Part shown: piece after piece, positions 23,725 to 34,965 of the stretch
Position numbering within the stretch: position 1 is the stretch's first letter
How the letters are laid out: each line of letters starts with the position of its first letter
Assembly: GCF_001194135.2 (NCBI RefSeq)
Contig: NC_068981.1
Span: 136,615,324-136,679,323 of the forward strand
Origin: Octopus bimaculoides
Lineage: Eukaryota
Direction of reading: 5' to 3'
Length of the DNA: 64,000 bases
Translations under genes and position numbers: made by a program
Notes under the pieces: model-generated
Told to the model about the DNA's origin: nothing
The model's input: only the letters and a program-made list of their open reading frames with translations
Databases searched by the model: none

Positions 23725-24616
23725 CATCACATAAATAATGCAGTTTTTTCAATTGCATGGACTAAAAGTTGGAGGGGGATGGGATAAACTACTTGCATTA
23801 ACTTACTATAAAAGTAGGTAGTAATTTTGCCTTGTACTTATTCTTAGTGCAAGCTTTAAAGAGTGCAGTTCAATTTAAACAGTTATTTTTTCAAAGCTAT
23901 AATAGAAGTGGCAAAGGAGCATATTCAGCATATTTTGCTTTATGAGTTCAATAAAGGCAACAACGCAAAGGAAAGTGCGAGGAATATTAATGCAGCATAT
24001 GGGGATTGAACAATAAGTGTAAGCCAGTGTCAATGGTGGTTCCAGAAATTCCAAGCCAGAAACTATAGCCGAGAAGACGAGTCTCATCCTGGAAGATCTG
24101 TAGAGCTTGACAAGGACATCCTGCAAACCCTGGAGGAACAAAATCCCATTGTAACTGTTGATGAACTAGCAGAGAAGCTTGGATTTGGTCATTCAATCAT
24201 TCAATGACACCTGCGCTAGAAGAAAAACGACCACCTTTGGTTTCATGACGAAAAGTGTTCTTCCATCAGGATAATGTTTGGCCACATACAGCGAAAGTAA
24301 CATTCCAAAGTCTGGAGCAGTTTGAGTGGGAAACGATGCCTCACCCACCATATTTGCCAGACATTGCTCCATCTGATTATTGTTTATTCTGCAGTCTTCA
24401 AAATCATTTTTACAGAAAAAATATGAATTCTGTAGACGAGGTAAGAACAGTACTGGAGAAGTATTTTTCATCACGGACAAGTGAATTTTGGAAAAGAGGC
24501 CTTGCAGGTCTATCAGATAGATGGAAGAGCATTGTAGAAAATGAAGGAGATTTGTTTATCTTAATTTTGAAAAATAAAAGAAGTATAAAAACCGCATTAT
24601 TTATGGAATGACCCAA
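23721..24616 (+). mobile_element. Internally deleted mariner (D34D) transposon
   Basis: TIRs GGGTCATCACATAAATAATGCAGTTTTT / AAAAACCGCATTATTTATGGAATGACCC, TA context; HTH region (EHIQHILLYEFNKG..) joined to HQDN..PDIAPSDY with 34-residue D-D spacing. Confidence 0.92.
23902..24570 (+). pseudogene. mariner transposase pseudogene
   Basis: Start codon mutated to ATA, in-frame stops, WVPHEL-to-first-catalytic-D region missing. Confidence 0.88.
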
Positions 24617-24637
24617 TACACACACACACACATACGA

Positions 24638-24695
<58 letters not shown>

Positions 24696-25101
24696 AAAAT
24701 ATAGAAACAGAATGTCTTCACTAACATCTTTTCTCACCTCTCGCATTTCCAACAGGGATAGTCATGAATCTCATCTACAGTAAAACACCTGTTTCTGTTC
24801 CTCCATCATACTTTAAATTCTCATGACCTGGCACAAAGCCACCACCCTTAATACTACTTCCCCTTCTGCTGAGGGTCCTTGTCTTGTGAATTACTTGGTG
24901 ATCTCATTGATGCCAGTACCATATAAAAAGCACCCAGTACACTCTGTAAAACAGTTGGAGTTAGGAAGGGGATCTCGCTATAGAAACCACATCAAAGTTG
25001 ACACTGGTGTCCAGCACAGTCCTCTGGTTTGCAAGCTCCTGTCAAACTGTCCAAGTCATGCCAGCATAGAAAATAGAGATTAACTTGCGAGGATTATATA
25101 T

Positions 25102-25256
25102 AGGAGTGGCTGTATGGTAAGTAGCTTGCTTACCAACCACATGGTTCCGGGTTCAATTTCACTATGTGGCACCTTGGGCAAGTGTCTTCTACTATAGCCT
25201 CAGGCGGACCAAAGCCTTGTGAGTGTAGTTGGTAGACGGAAACTGAAAGACGCCTG

Positions 25257-25298
<42 letters not shown>

Positions 25299-25500
25299 AT
25301 GTTTGTGTGTCTGTCCCCCCACTATCTCTTGACAACCCATGTCAGTGTGTTTGTGTCCCCGTAACTTAGCGGTTCAGCAAAAGAGAACAATATAATAAGT
25401 AGTAGGCTTACAAAGAATAAGTCCTGGGGTCGATTTGTTCGACTAAAGGCGGTGCTCCAGCATGGCAACAGTCAAATGACTGAAACAAATAAAAGAATAA
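25102..25500 (+). mobile_element. SINE family A, full length
   Basis: AGGAGTGGCTGTATGGTAAG...GGTTCAATTTC...(TA)n(TG)n...AAAGAATAA. Confidence 0.9.
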
Positions 25501-26164
25501 AGACATGCACACATGCAAACATACATACCCACACGTACACATGCCACAAGTTTCTGCACAGTTTCTGTCTATTAAATTCACTCACAAAGCTTCGTTTGGC
25601 CAAAGGCTATAATAGAAGACATTTGCCCAAAATAGCACACAGTAGGACTGAACCTGAAACCATATGGTCAGGAAGTAAACTTCTTGATTGTATAACCATG
25701 TGTGTGTGTGTGTGAATAATTTTGTATCATGCTGTAGTTTGTGAACAATAACGTTATCTGTTATAAATTTTCAGTGAAGTAATCAATAATTCTTTGCAAT
25801 TACAATGAAAAGAATAGCAAGGAAATGTCTATGCATCTCAGGTTGAAACAAAAAATACAAAGTGTTTTTGTTTGTAAAAAACCACTTGACTTTTAACTTC
25901 CTGCATGACACAGTATCAAGCAAGACTTCCTTGATCAGCCAATCCTGAAACACCTGATATCACAACAATTATACTAACCTTATTGACATTCATTTTAGTG
26001 AAAGTGAGAAACTCTCTAATGAAGGAAAAAGAACTATATTCCCTTCTTCTATCATTTGCCTCTGTTCTGTAACAGAATCACTACAAGACTGGGGATTTCA
26101 CATAGAAACTTTTCTACATGATGTTAAGAGTCAATTTGATTTTTCGTTGATGCCTACATTGATG

Positions 26165-26197
<33 letters not shown>

Positions 26198-26360
26198 TGT
26201 TTTGTTGTAGGCATGGTGGTGTGGATATGAAGTTGATTTTATGACCATATGGTTTCTGGTTTTATCACACTGCTTGTCAGCTTGGGTGAGTGTTGCCTAT
26301 CAGAGCCCTGGTTTGACCCAATGCCTTGTAAGTGGAATTAGTAAGCAGAAACTCTTATTC

Positions 26361-26414
<54 letters not shown>

Positions 26415-26719
26415 ATGCGTGCGTGCAGGTATGCTGATATTTTTTTATAGATATTTCTTCATTTTTGTATGACACAGACTGAGCAAAAATGGTAATGTAT
26501 TTATATTTCCTTCTGAACAATACTGCGTATTGTAAACTTCAAAGTTGCAGAAGTCTTGTTCTTTTGAAGTTTTGAATAAAAAAATTCCCTAACTTGCAAA
26601 ACAAGTAAGCATTACCAACAATAATAGATTCTAGCTGTGAAATACTGCCTCAAATAAGTGTTTATCGAAGCCATGACAACATAAAAAAGCAGATATAAAA
26701 TGAACAAATAAATATATAG

Positions 26720-27235
26720 AAGTGACTGAGACCTTTGGCAATATGCTGTGCTTGAGAAGACTGATCAAGCCAAGCGAAAGCATAGTTGTGGCCAATGCCA
26801 GTGTTGTGTAACTGGCACCTGTGCCAGTGGCATGTAAAAAGTACTGTTCAAATGTTGGGCCTCATGGAGGCAGTGACAAGTGACCAAGACCTTTGGCAAT
26901 ATACTCTGCTGCAAAGGCGGTGAGCTGGCAGGAACATTAGCACACCGGGCAAAATGCTTAGTGGTATTTCATCTGTCTTAATGTTCTGAGTTCAAATTCC
27001 GCTGAGGTTGACTTTGCCTTTTGCCTATTTGGGGTTGATAAATTAAGTACCAGTAGCATACTAGAGTCACTCTAATCGACTGGCCCCCTCCCCCAAAATT
27101 TCAGGCCTTGTACCTAGAGTAGAAAAGAATATACTGTGCTGTGAAAACCTGTCAAGCCAAGTGAGATGCTGGTGTTGTCCAAACCATGCCAGAATGGAAA
27201 ACAGACGTTAACTGATGATGACGTTGATGATGTTG
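26720..27235 (+). mobile_element. Family D element interrupted by SINE B
   Basis: D sequence on both sides of 26912-27127. Confidence 0.7.
26912..27127 (+). mobile_element. SINE family B with 14-bp target-site duplication
   Basis: AATATACTCTGCTG (26898-26911) / AATATACTGTGCTG (27128-27141). Confidence 0.88.
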
Positions 27236-27933
27236 CATAAGATTTCTGTACTGTTTCCACTTATCATATTTCAGTCAGAGGCTACTTACTGTTGATCTAA
27301 TTCCTGGTTATATTAGAGTACATTTACCCATGGTTCCAAATAGTGGAATCAGACCTGGAACCAGGAGGTAAGGAAACAAAGTTCATAACCACACAGTCAT
27401 GCCTACAACCACTGAACAAATGCTTGTTTTAGGACCATTCTATAAGTCAATCATATGATATAATTAGTTGTCAAATCCAAGTCACATTCATTTTACTATC
27501 CAGTATAATCTTCAGTATGAATATACTCTTTCAGTTACAGAAGGTAAGATGGACTAAGAAAATGTATGAAATTCTTGATTTATTAAAGAGAATCATTGAA
27601 ATTGACAACATAGTTATGTGGTTAAGAATCTAGCTTTACACCCACATGGTTCCAAATACGATTCCATAGAATGGTAATTTGGCAAGTGTCTTCTACCATA
27701 GCCTCAGTTGGATTAATAGCTTGTGAGTGAAATTTAGTAGAAGAAAACTATGCTGAAGCATATCATATATGTATGTATGTATATAAGTACAGGCATGGCT
27801 CTGTGATTAAGAAGCTTGTGTCCCAATCATCTGATCTCAGGTTCAGTTCCACTGCATGGTACTTTGGGCAAGTGTCTTTTACTAATACCCTAGGTCAGAC
27901 AAAGCCTTCTTAGATGGAAACAGAAAGAAGCCT

Positions 27934-28229
27934 TCCAGTTCTATATTTAAGAGATGAGGAATTATGTACATTATTTACATTTGACGGATATTTGTCCTCA
28001 TCTTTCGGCTGACATACATTTCAGCTGATATACCCACCAGCCTTCATCAGGTGTCTTGGGGAAATTTCGAACCTGGGTTCTCATTCCTGAGGTATTTTTC
28101 GATATTATTATTATTATCATTATTATTATTATTATCATTATTATTATTATTATTATTATCATTATATCAGCCGAAACGTGTTAATAATAAACAAGATAAG
28201 GACAAATATCCATTAAATGTAAATAATGT
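27934..28229. mobile_element. Mini PLE-like insertion: pseudo-LTR (-) plus inverted truncated copy (+), 12-bp TSD
   Basis: AGAAAGAAGCCT at 27922-27933 and 28230-28241; TACATTATTTACATTTGACGGATATTTGTCCT is the reverse complement of the 28198-28229 segment. Confidence 0.7.
28011..28055 (-). ncRNA. Decayed minimal type I hammerhead ribozyme motif
   Basis: Minus strand GACAC CTGATGA A GGCTG gtgggtatat CAGCT GAAA TGT; the inverted copy keeps CAGCC GAAACGT (28168-28179). Confidence 0.65.
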
Positions 28230-28241
28230 AGAAAGAAGCCT

Positions 28242-28290
<49 letters not shown>

Positions 28291-29286
28291 CAGGCTTCCA
28301 CTATGTTATATGTGTGTTGTCTTGACATCGTGTGGTAGGATGTTGTTTGCTTCAAGTCTTCCATGAAAAGCATTTCTGGCCATGGGGAAATATTACTTTG
28401 CTTGGAAACAGATCAGAGTTGGAGACAGGAAAGGCATCTGGCTCTAAAAAATTCTGCCTCAGTAAATTTTCATCTGACCCATGCAAACATGAAAAACTTG
28501 ACGGTCGATGATGCTGAAGATGTGTGTGTATGTGTGTGTGGGTCTTTTGCCAATGTACATTATCAAAAAATGCAAGTATATACAAGAAAACTAATAAAAT
28601 GTTCTTTCAAGTGAAAATCCTTTTGTTCCATTCATGTTAGACAGACAATCACTTGTCACTCTTGCTATCATAAATGCAGTGAACCAGTGATTAGCTTGTA
28701 GGAAACTTGTAACCAATGATTCTATTATTCACAGAATGTGATATTGAATAAATTATAAAAATAAACAAATCGATGTCTTATAAGACAGAATCTGTCAGTA
28801 ACTATATGCAATGCAAACGAAATCTAATCAACAGGCATTAGTATGTTAAATCAGGAAAATCTGTTAGCAAACCTGAAAACTTAATGAATTGAAATACATG
28901 TTTATTGTTTTAAAATTTACTCCAAAGATAATGAAGATTTTTTTCTAATTCTTTTATAATATAATTTTTATAATTCATATTTTATCTCTTGTTCTCTGTC
29001 ATCATCTTCTTTCTTCTCATTTTCTTCCCCATAACAGATAATTTGTCTGCAAATTTATATAGCGTCATCATCATTTACCATCCACTTTTCCATGCTTGCA
29101 TAAGGAATTTGCTGAGGCAGATTTTCTCTGGCTAGACACCCTTCCTACCACCAAACCTCGCCTGTTTCCAAGCAAAACAATATTTTCCCATAATCAGATA
29201 TGTTTTTCACAGAAAACTGAAAATAAGCAACCTCACTCATATGATGATGATGCATATAGCTTGATGTCTTGACAAAGGTACACACT

Positions 29287-29328
<42 letters not shown>

Positions 29329-29346
29329 NNNNNNNNNNTACACACT

Positions 29347-29387
<41 letters not shown>

Positions 29388-29546
29388 AGTTCATCTACCA
29401 CAGAAACACATCTGGCCTTTGAACTGCTCATTGTTAATAGGACAAAGGGAAATATTACCTAACTTGGAAACAAGTAAGAGTTGAGAACAGCTGTAAAAAA
29501 ACCCCTCAGTTTTGACTAAGTGATTCCAGCACAAAAAATGGGATGT

Positions 29547-29775
29547 TTAACTCTTTAGTATTTAGACTGCCCATATCCAGTCCAGATATTTTACCTGTTT
29601 TATGCTCAAATCAGCCAGATCCAGACTTTCACACCTACCCTACAATGTTAGTCTAAAAAATAAACAATCACATCATCAGAATCTCAAAGCTACAAAATAA
29701 TACTGGATTAATTCAAAACAATGTGAATAAAGAAGCATTACATTTGACAGAGTGATCAAAACACTGAAGGGTTAA
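29547..29775 (+). mobile_element. piggyBac-type MITE family E (uninterrupted)
   Basis: TTAA-CTCTTTAGTATT ... CTGAAGGG-TTAA; colinear with other copies. Confidence 0.8.
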
Positions 29776-30004
29776 TGGTAATTATATACGACAGGCTTTC
29801 AAACAGTTTCTGATCAAATCCTTCTTCAAAGGATTTGTCCTATCCAAGGCCACAATTAAAAACACTTGTCAAACGTGCAGGCAATGGTAATTGAATCAGG
29901 ATCCCTAATAGAACTTCTTAACAGAAGGGCCATGACAAGACAAAGTTTTCTTTCTCCAAAGTTTCATCCTTCCAACCAGCTCTCTATTTTTTCTTTTCAC
30001 TTTT

Positions 30005-30410
30005 TTTAATCTTTTATTTGTTTCAGTTACTGAACTGTGGCCATGCTGGGGCACTGCTTTGAAGGGCTCAGTCAGAAAAATTGACTTCAGTCGTTAATTT
30101 AAAGCCTGTTAGTGTGTCAGTCTCTTTTACCAAACTGCTAAGTTACGGGCATGTAAACAAATCAACACCAGCTGTCCAGCAGTGTGGTAGGTGGGAGACA
30201 AGCACAAAGACACACATACAAATATACATGTTACATATATATATATGATGGGCTTCCACACAGTTTCCATCTATTAGATTCATTCATAAGGCATTGGGGA
30301 AACCTGGGGTTATAGTAGAAGATATTTGCCCATGGTGTTGCACAGGGGTACTGAACCCAAACCCAAGTAGCTGCAAACTGAGCTTCTCAACCACACAGCC
30401 ATGTCTGTGG
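30005..30410 (-). mobile_element. SINE family A
   Basis: Reverse-complement head, microsatellite and tail. Confidence 0.8.
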
Positions 30411-30558
30411 CATGAGGGACAAACACAAACAAAGAGACACACTCATATATTTATGTATATTTACATACATACATACATATATATATATATATGGAAGAAT
30501 TTACGAAAAAAACAACAGACGAAGACAGGTGGTGTAAACAACAAATGGATGTATTGTA

Positions 30559-31055
30559 CACGTGGTCTGATCAATAAGTATCCGGACTGTTGCCATAGTA
30601 ACGAAGCTGAAGCACATAGAGTAAAGCTGCTTGGCAAAGATTGACCTTGAACTCTGCTGTGTATGTGCACTAAGTTTTAACATTCTAGCTCACTTCCACT
30701 GTTTACACCAGTGCTTGGAAGGAAGGTGTGTAGCATGTGATCGTTGCATTGACCATGACAAAGAAAGTTGTCATGCCAATACCTGCTCAGAGGCCTATGA
30801 AAAGTTACAGAAGCTTTTGGCAAAATTTGATGCAGATTCTCTGCTCAACTTTCTCTGTCATGGTCAATGCAACGATCAAATGCTACACACCTTCCTTTGA
30901 AATACTGCTGCAAACAGTGGAAATGAGCTAGAACATTAAAACTTACTGCACATGTGCAGTGGAGTCCAAGGTCAATCTGAACCAAGTGGCTTTACTCTGT
31001 GTGCTTTAACTTTGTTACTATGACAACAGTCCGGATACTTATTGATCAAACCATG
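30559..31055. mobile_element. Palindromic mariner-derived MITE built from two left ends
   Basis: ~210-bp inverted arms starting GGT(C/T)TGATCAATAAGTATCCGGACTG, TA flanks; both arms contain the transposase start (minus strand MTEKVEQRICIKFCQKL from 30861). Confidence 0.85.
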
Positions 31056-31075
31056 TATATATATATAATATATAT

Positions 31076-31139
<64 letters not shown>

Positions 31140-31833
31140 TATATCTACATACAAATATATATATATTGCATCTATGTATACACACACACACATGCACACA
31201 CACACAAAATGGGCTGCCATACAGTTTTCGTCTACCAAATTCACTCATCAGTCAGCTTAGGTGCTGTAGTAGAAGACGCATACCTATCATGCCACATACA
31301 ATGGTATTGAACCCAAATTCACATAGTAGCAAAGCAAGCTTGTTAACCACCTTGTTCTATATCTATTCCACCTTCCCTCTCCCTCTCAGTACCATACCAT
31401 TTCCTTTTTCTCTTTGCAACAACTCTATCTTACATCTATTGTTTCCTTTCTCTTTTTCGGTCTTTTTGCTTCGCAATTTCCCAGGTCAATAGCATTTAAC
31501 ACACAATGGTATAAATAGAACATGAAACATTTAACAGATTCATATGTTGTTAATATGGAAGAGAAACATTTATTTGTTGGCGATTGTCTAAGATTCAATT
31601 AGTTAATATAATTACGCATCCAAAGTACGCTACATTCTCACTCTTTTCCTTCCATACCTTTTAGATAGTATTGAGTAATCAAGCTTAATTCTGTTTTCTT
31701 TCCTTGTCATTCATTAACCACAACACATCAGAAAGAGTCTATTTACTACAGAAACTAGGATAGGTCACTTCTGAAATAAATATATAAATACATAAATATA
31801 TATGTATTTGTGTGTTGGTGTGAATGTGTGTGA

Positions 31834-31904
<71 letters not shown>

Positions 31905-32112
31905 TGTGTGTTTGTGTGTGTGCATGTCAGTAAGTATGAATGTGTATGTATGCATGTGTGTGTGTGCGTATGTCTGTGTGTGCATTACAGTAAATATGTA
32001 TATGCACATGTATGTATTTATGTACCTATATATTTTTCTTTTTCCTTTTACGTTTCAGCCTTGAGGCTGTGGCCATGCTGGGGGCACCACCAATGTAATC
32101 ACCTTTCAATTG

Positions 32113-32445
32113 ACTAACTCTACAGGATTGCCTTTCAGTGAAGGAGGGAGTTTGATATCGCTGCCCTCTTTTGAGTTTTTTGTCTTGATATTGGTTCATC
32201 TGGGATCTTGGATAGCAAGAGGTTAAGTTGTTTCTTGAAAACATCTACCCCCACTTCATGGAGATCCCTCAGATATTTTGGTAAGGAATTTAATAGCTGT
32301 GGGCCCTTGAATCCCAAGCTATTGCAGTACATGGTCCTCACCTTAGATGAGACAGCTAGGACGTTTGGAACAGTGCAGTGACATCCAATTTGAGGTCTGG
32401 CATAACTCTAAATTCCAAAGTTTGGTACCAGCTCCTCCAGTACAC
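32113..32445 (-). pseudogene. CR1/L2-group LINE ORF2 C-terminal fragment
   Basis: LVPNFGI...CTVP...NSLGFKGPQLLNSLPKYLR...FKKQLNLLLSKIPDEP...AAISNSLLH motif series. Confidence 0.75.
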
Positions 32446-32520
32446 ATATGTATATATATGTATAGGTGTGTGGGTGGGTGCATGTGTGTATATATGTAGG
32501 TTTATATGTGTGCATGTGTA

Positions 32521-32580
<60 letters not shown>

Positions 32581-32864
32581 TCATTTAACATCCATTTTCC
32601 ATGCTGGCATGGCTTTGAAGGTTTGACAGGATTGCCTTACTGGCACTTCTGCCGGTGGCATGTAAAAGCACCCACTGAGTGGTTGGCGTTAGGAAGAGCA
32701 TCCAGCTGTAGAAACTCTGCCAGATCAGATTGGAGCCTGGTGCAGCCATCTGGTTCGTCAGTCCTCAGTCAAATCATCCAACCCATGCTAACATGGAAAG
32801 CGGACGTTAAATGATGATGATGATGATGATGATATATATATATATATATATATATCTTTTATCT

Positions 32865-33235
32865 ATTTCAGTCATTATACTGTGGCCAAGCTGGGGCACC
32901 ACTTTGAAGGGTTTTTTACAGCTGAATAAATCAACTCCAAGACTTATTCTTTTTAAACCTGGTACTTATTCTATTGGTCTCTTTTGCCAAACTGCTAAGT
33001 TATGGGAACGTACACACCAACACCAGTGGTGGTGAGTGACAAACACACACATGTATGTATATATATATATATATACAACGGGCTTCTTTCAGTTTCTCCC
33101 AGCCAAATCCACTCACAAGGCTTTGGTTGGCCCAACGCTATAGTAGAAGATACTTGCTCAAGGTGTCACTAGTGGGACTGAACTCAGAAGTATGTGGTTG
33201 GGAAGCAAGCTTCTTACCACACAGCTGTGCCTGTG
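32865..33235 (-). mobile_element. SINE family A
   Basis: Reverse-complement head, microsatellite and tail. Confidence 0.82.
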
Positions 33236-33699
33236 CAAAGATATATATATATTGTGAAAGCATGTGGCCAAGTGGTTAGAGTATGGAACTCATGATCATA
33301 AGATCACAATTTCAATTCCTAAACTAGGTGGCTGTTCTGTTCTTAAGCAAAATATTTCATTTCATATTGCTTCAGTACACCCAGCTGGGTTAGCGCCTGA
33401 GTAATAGCTGTGTGTTAACTCTGCATTTAACTGACATCATGTTCAGAAAGGTGAGTCATACTTCTAGTAATTTATAAGCTAAGTTCTGTCTTAGATTTAT
33501 CATAAGCCTATAAACTTGTGCCCTAGATGTTGGGAAGGCACTCAGCAAGATATGGAAATAAAACTGAAAGAAGAAGTAATACTTGTAATAATAAATAAAT
33601 AAATAAATAAACTTAAGACTTGGTCTAACAAGCATATCCAGCAAGCAAAAACTACTCCAAAACACTTGACTTTAATGAGATTAGAACTCAGAATGTAAA

Positions 33700-34420
33700 G
33701 TAACCTACTCATTAAGAAGCAATGAAAACGGGCTTCTGGGTAAACCAGAATAAGACAGAAGTTTTGAGGATGAACACCAGACACCAAGAACCAATTCAAA
33801 CTGGCATTGAAACCCTTACAGAGACCATAAAGTTTGTGTATCTTGGGCAGAAGCATCTCAAAGACAGGTGGAGCAGAGAAGGATGTGAGTTCCAGGATTG
33901 GCAAGGCATGGTATGCTTTCAAAGCCATCTAACACCAAAAGCCTTCTCCCTCGTAAACAAAACTCCACATCTTCAATTCCAGTGTCAAGACCATTCTTTT
34001 TTATAAGTCAGAAACTTGGAAGGTCAGCAAAACCATAAAGAGTAATCAACAGACTTTTGTCAACAAATGTCTGCAGATCCTCAAGATCTGGAGGTCAGAC
34101 AAAATTCCAAACAGAAATCAGTGGGATAAAATATACCAAACTCCCATCAATCAAGAAATTCTGAAAAGGAAATGGGGTTGGATTGGTCACACACTTTAGA
34201 AAGCTCTCCAAGCAACATTGCAAGATAAGTGTTAGATTTGCAGCCTGAAGGAAAGACGAAAGTTGGATGACCAAAGAAGACTGGGAAAGGATGCGTGGAA
34301 GATGAAGTAAAAGCAATCTGTCTCCCTTGGTCTAAAATCAAGGAAGTATTCCAAGATTGTGTCAACTGGCATAAAATAGTTTCAACCCTATGCTCCTTAT
34401 GGAGTAATGTAGACCAACTA
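33700..34420 (+). pseudogene. 5'-truncated RTE-clade LINE, RT C-terminal part
   Basis: Frameshifted KTEVLRMN..FVYLG..RIGKA..IFNSSVKTIL..SETWKV..QTFVNKCL..KRKWGWIGHTL..PEGKRK. Confidence 0.82.
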
Positions 34421-34868
34421 ACTGACTCATTAAACATCAGGTAAATGGGTTTGTCCATTGCTCTAACAATTCTGCATTCCTCTGCTATATTTTAACTGTA
34501 ATTATGAACAATTTCATTACCAATGATATCTTAGATTCAATATAGCTTTAATAATTTTCTCTCATTGCTTCTAAAACTGAGATAGATTTGTGTAAATGAA
34601 GAAACCTGCCTTTATTGTTATAGCTGTTGTAAATGTTGGTGATTACATTACAAGGAGAAAGACAGAAAAAATTTTTTTTTGTTGCTGTCTTTTATGATTC
34701 ATTTATTCATAATGAAATAGCTTGTTCCTGATTTAAATTTTGCTTAAAGCACACATGCACGCACATTTATGCTCATACATACATTCATACCCACGCCCAC
34801 ACATGCATGCATACACACTTAAAAGCATACACAAAGATAAACATACATGCTTACACAACACGAACCTA

Positions 34869-34910
<42 letters not shown>

Positions 34911-34920
34911 NNNNNNNNNN

Positions 34921-34965
<45 letters not shown>

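Larger units (their letters stand above)
27790..28520 (+). mobile_element. SINE: family A head + family G (GAT)n tail, interrupted by a PLE-like insertion
   Basis: Head ends GAAAGAAGCC; after (TA)n the G tail (GGCCATGGGGAAATATTAC...CCATGCAAACATGAAAAA..GATGAT). Confidence 0.65.

Noticed and set aside
25102-25180. tRNA-like A/B boxes (many sites)
   Set aside because: They are SINE heads continuing into repeat bodies; no complete cloverleaf.
29278-29381. Direct duplication TACACACTCATAC(AT)n on both sides of a 10-N gap (similar near 34870-34960)
   Set aside because: Most likely an unmerged contig overlap, i.e. an assembly artefact.
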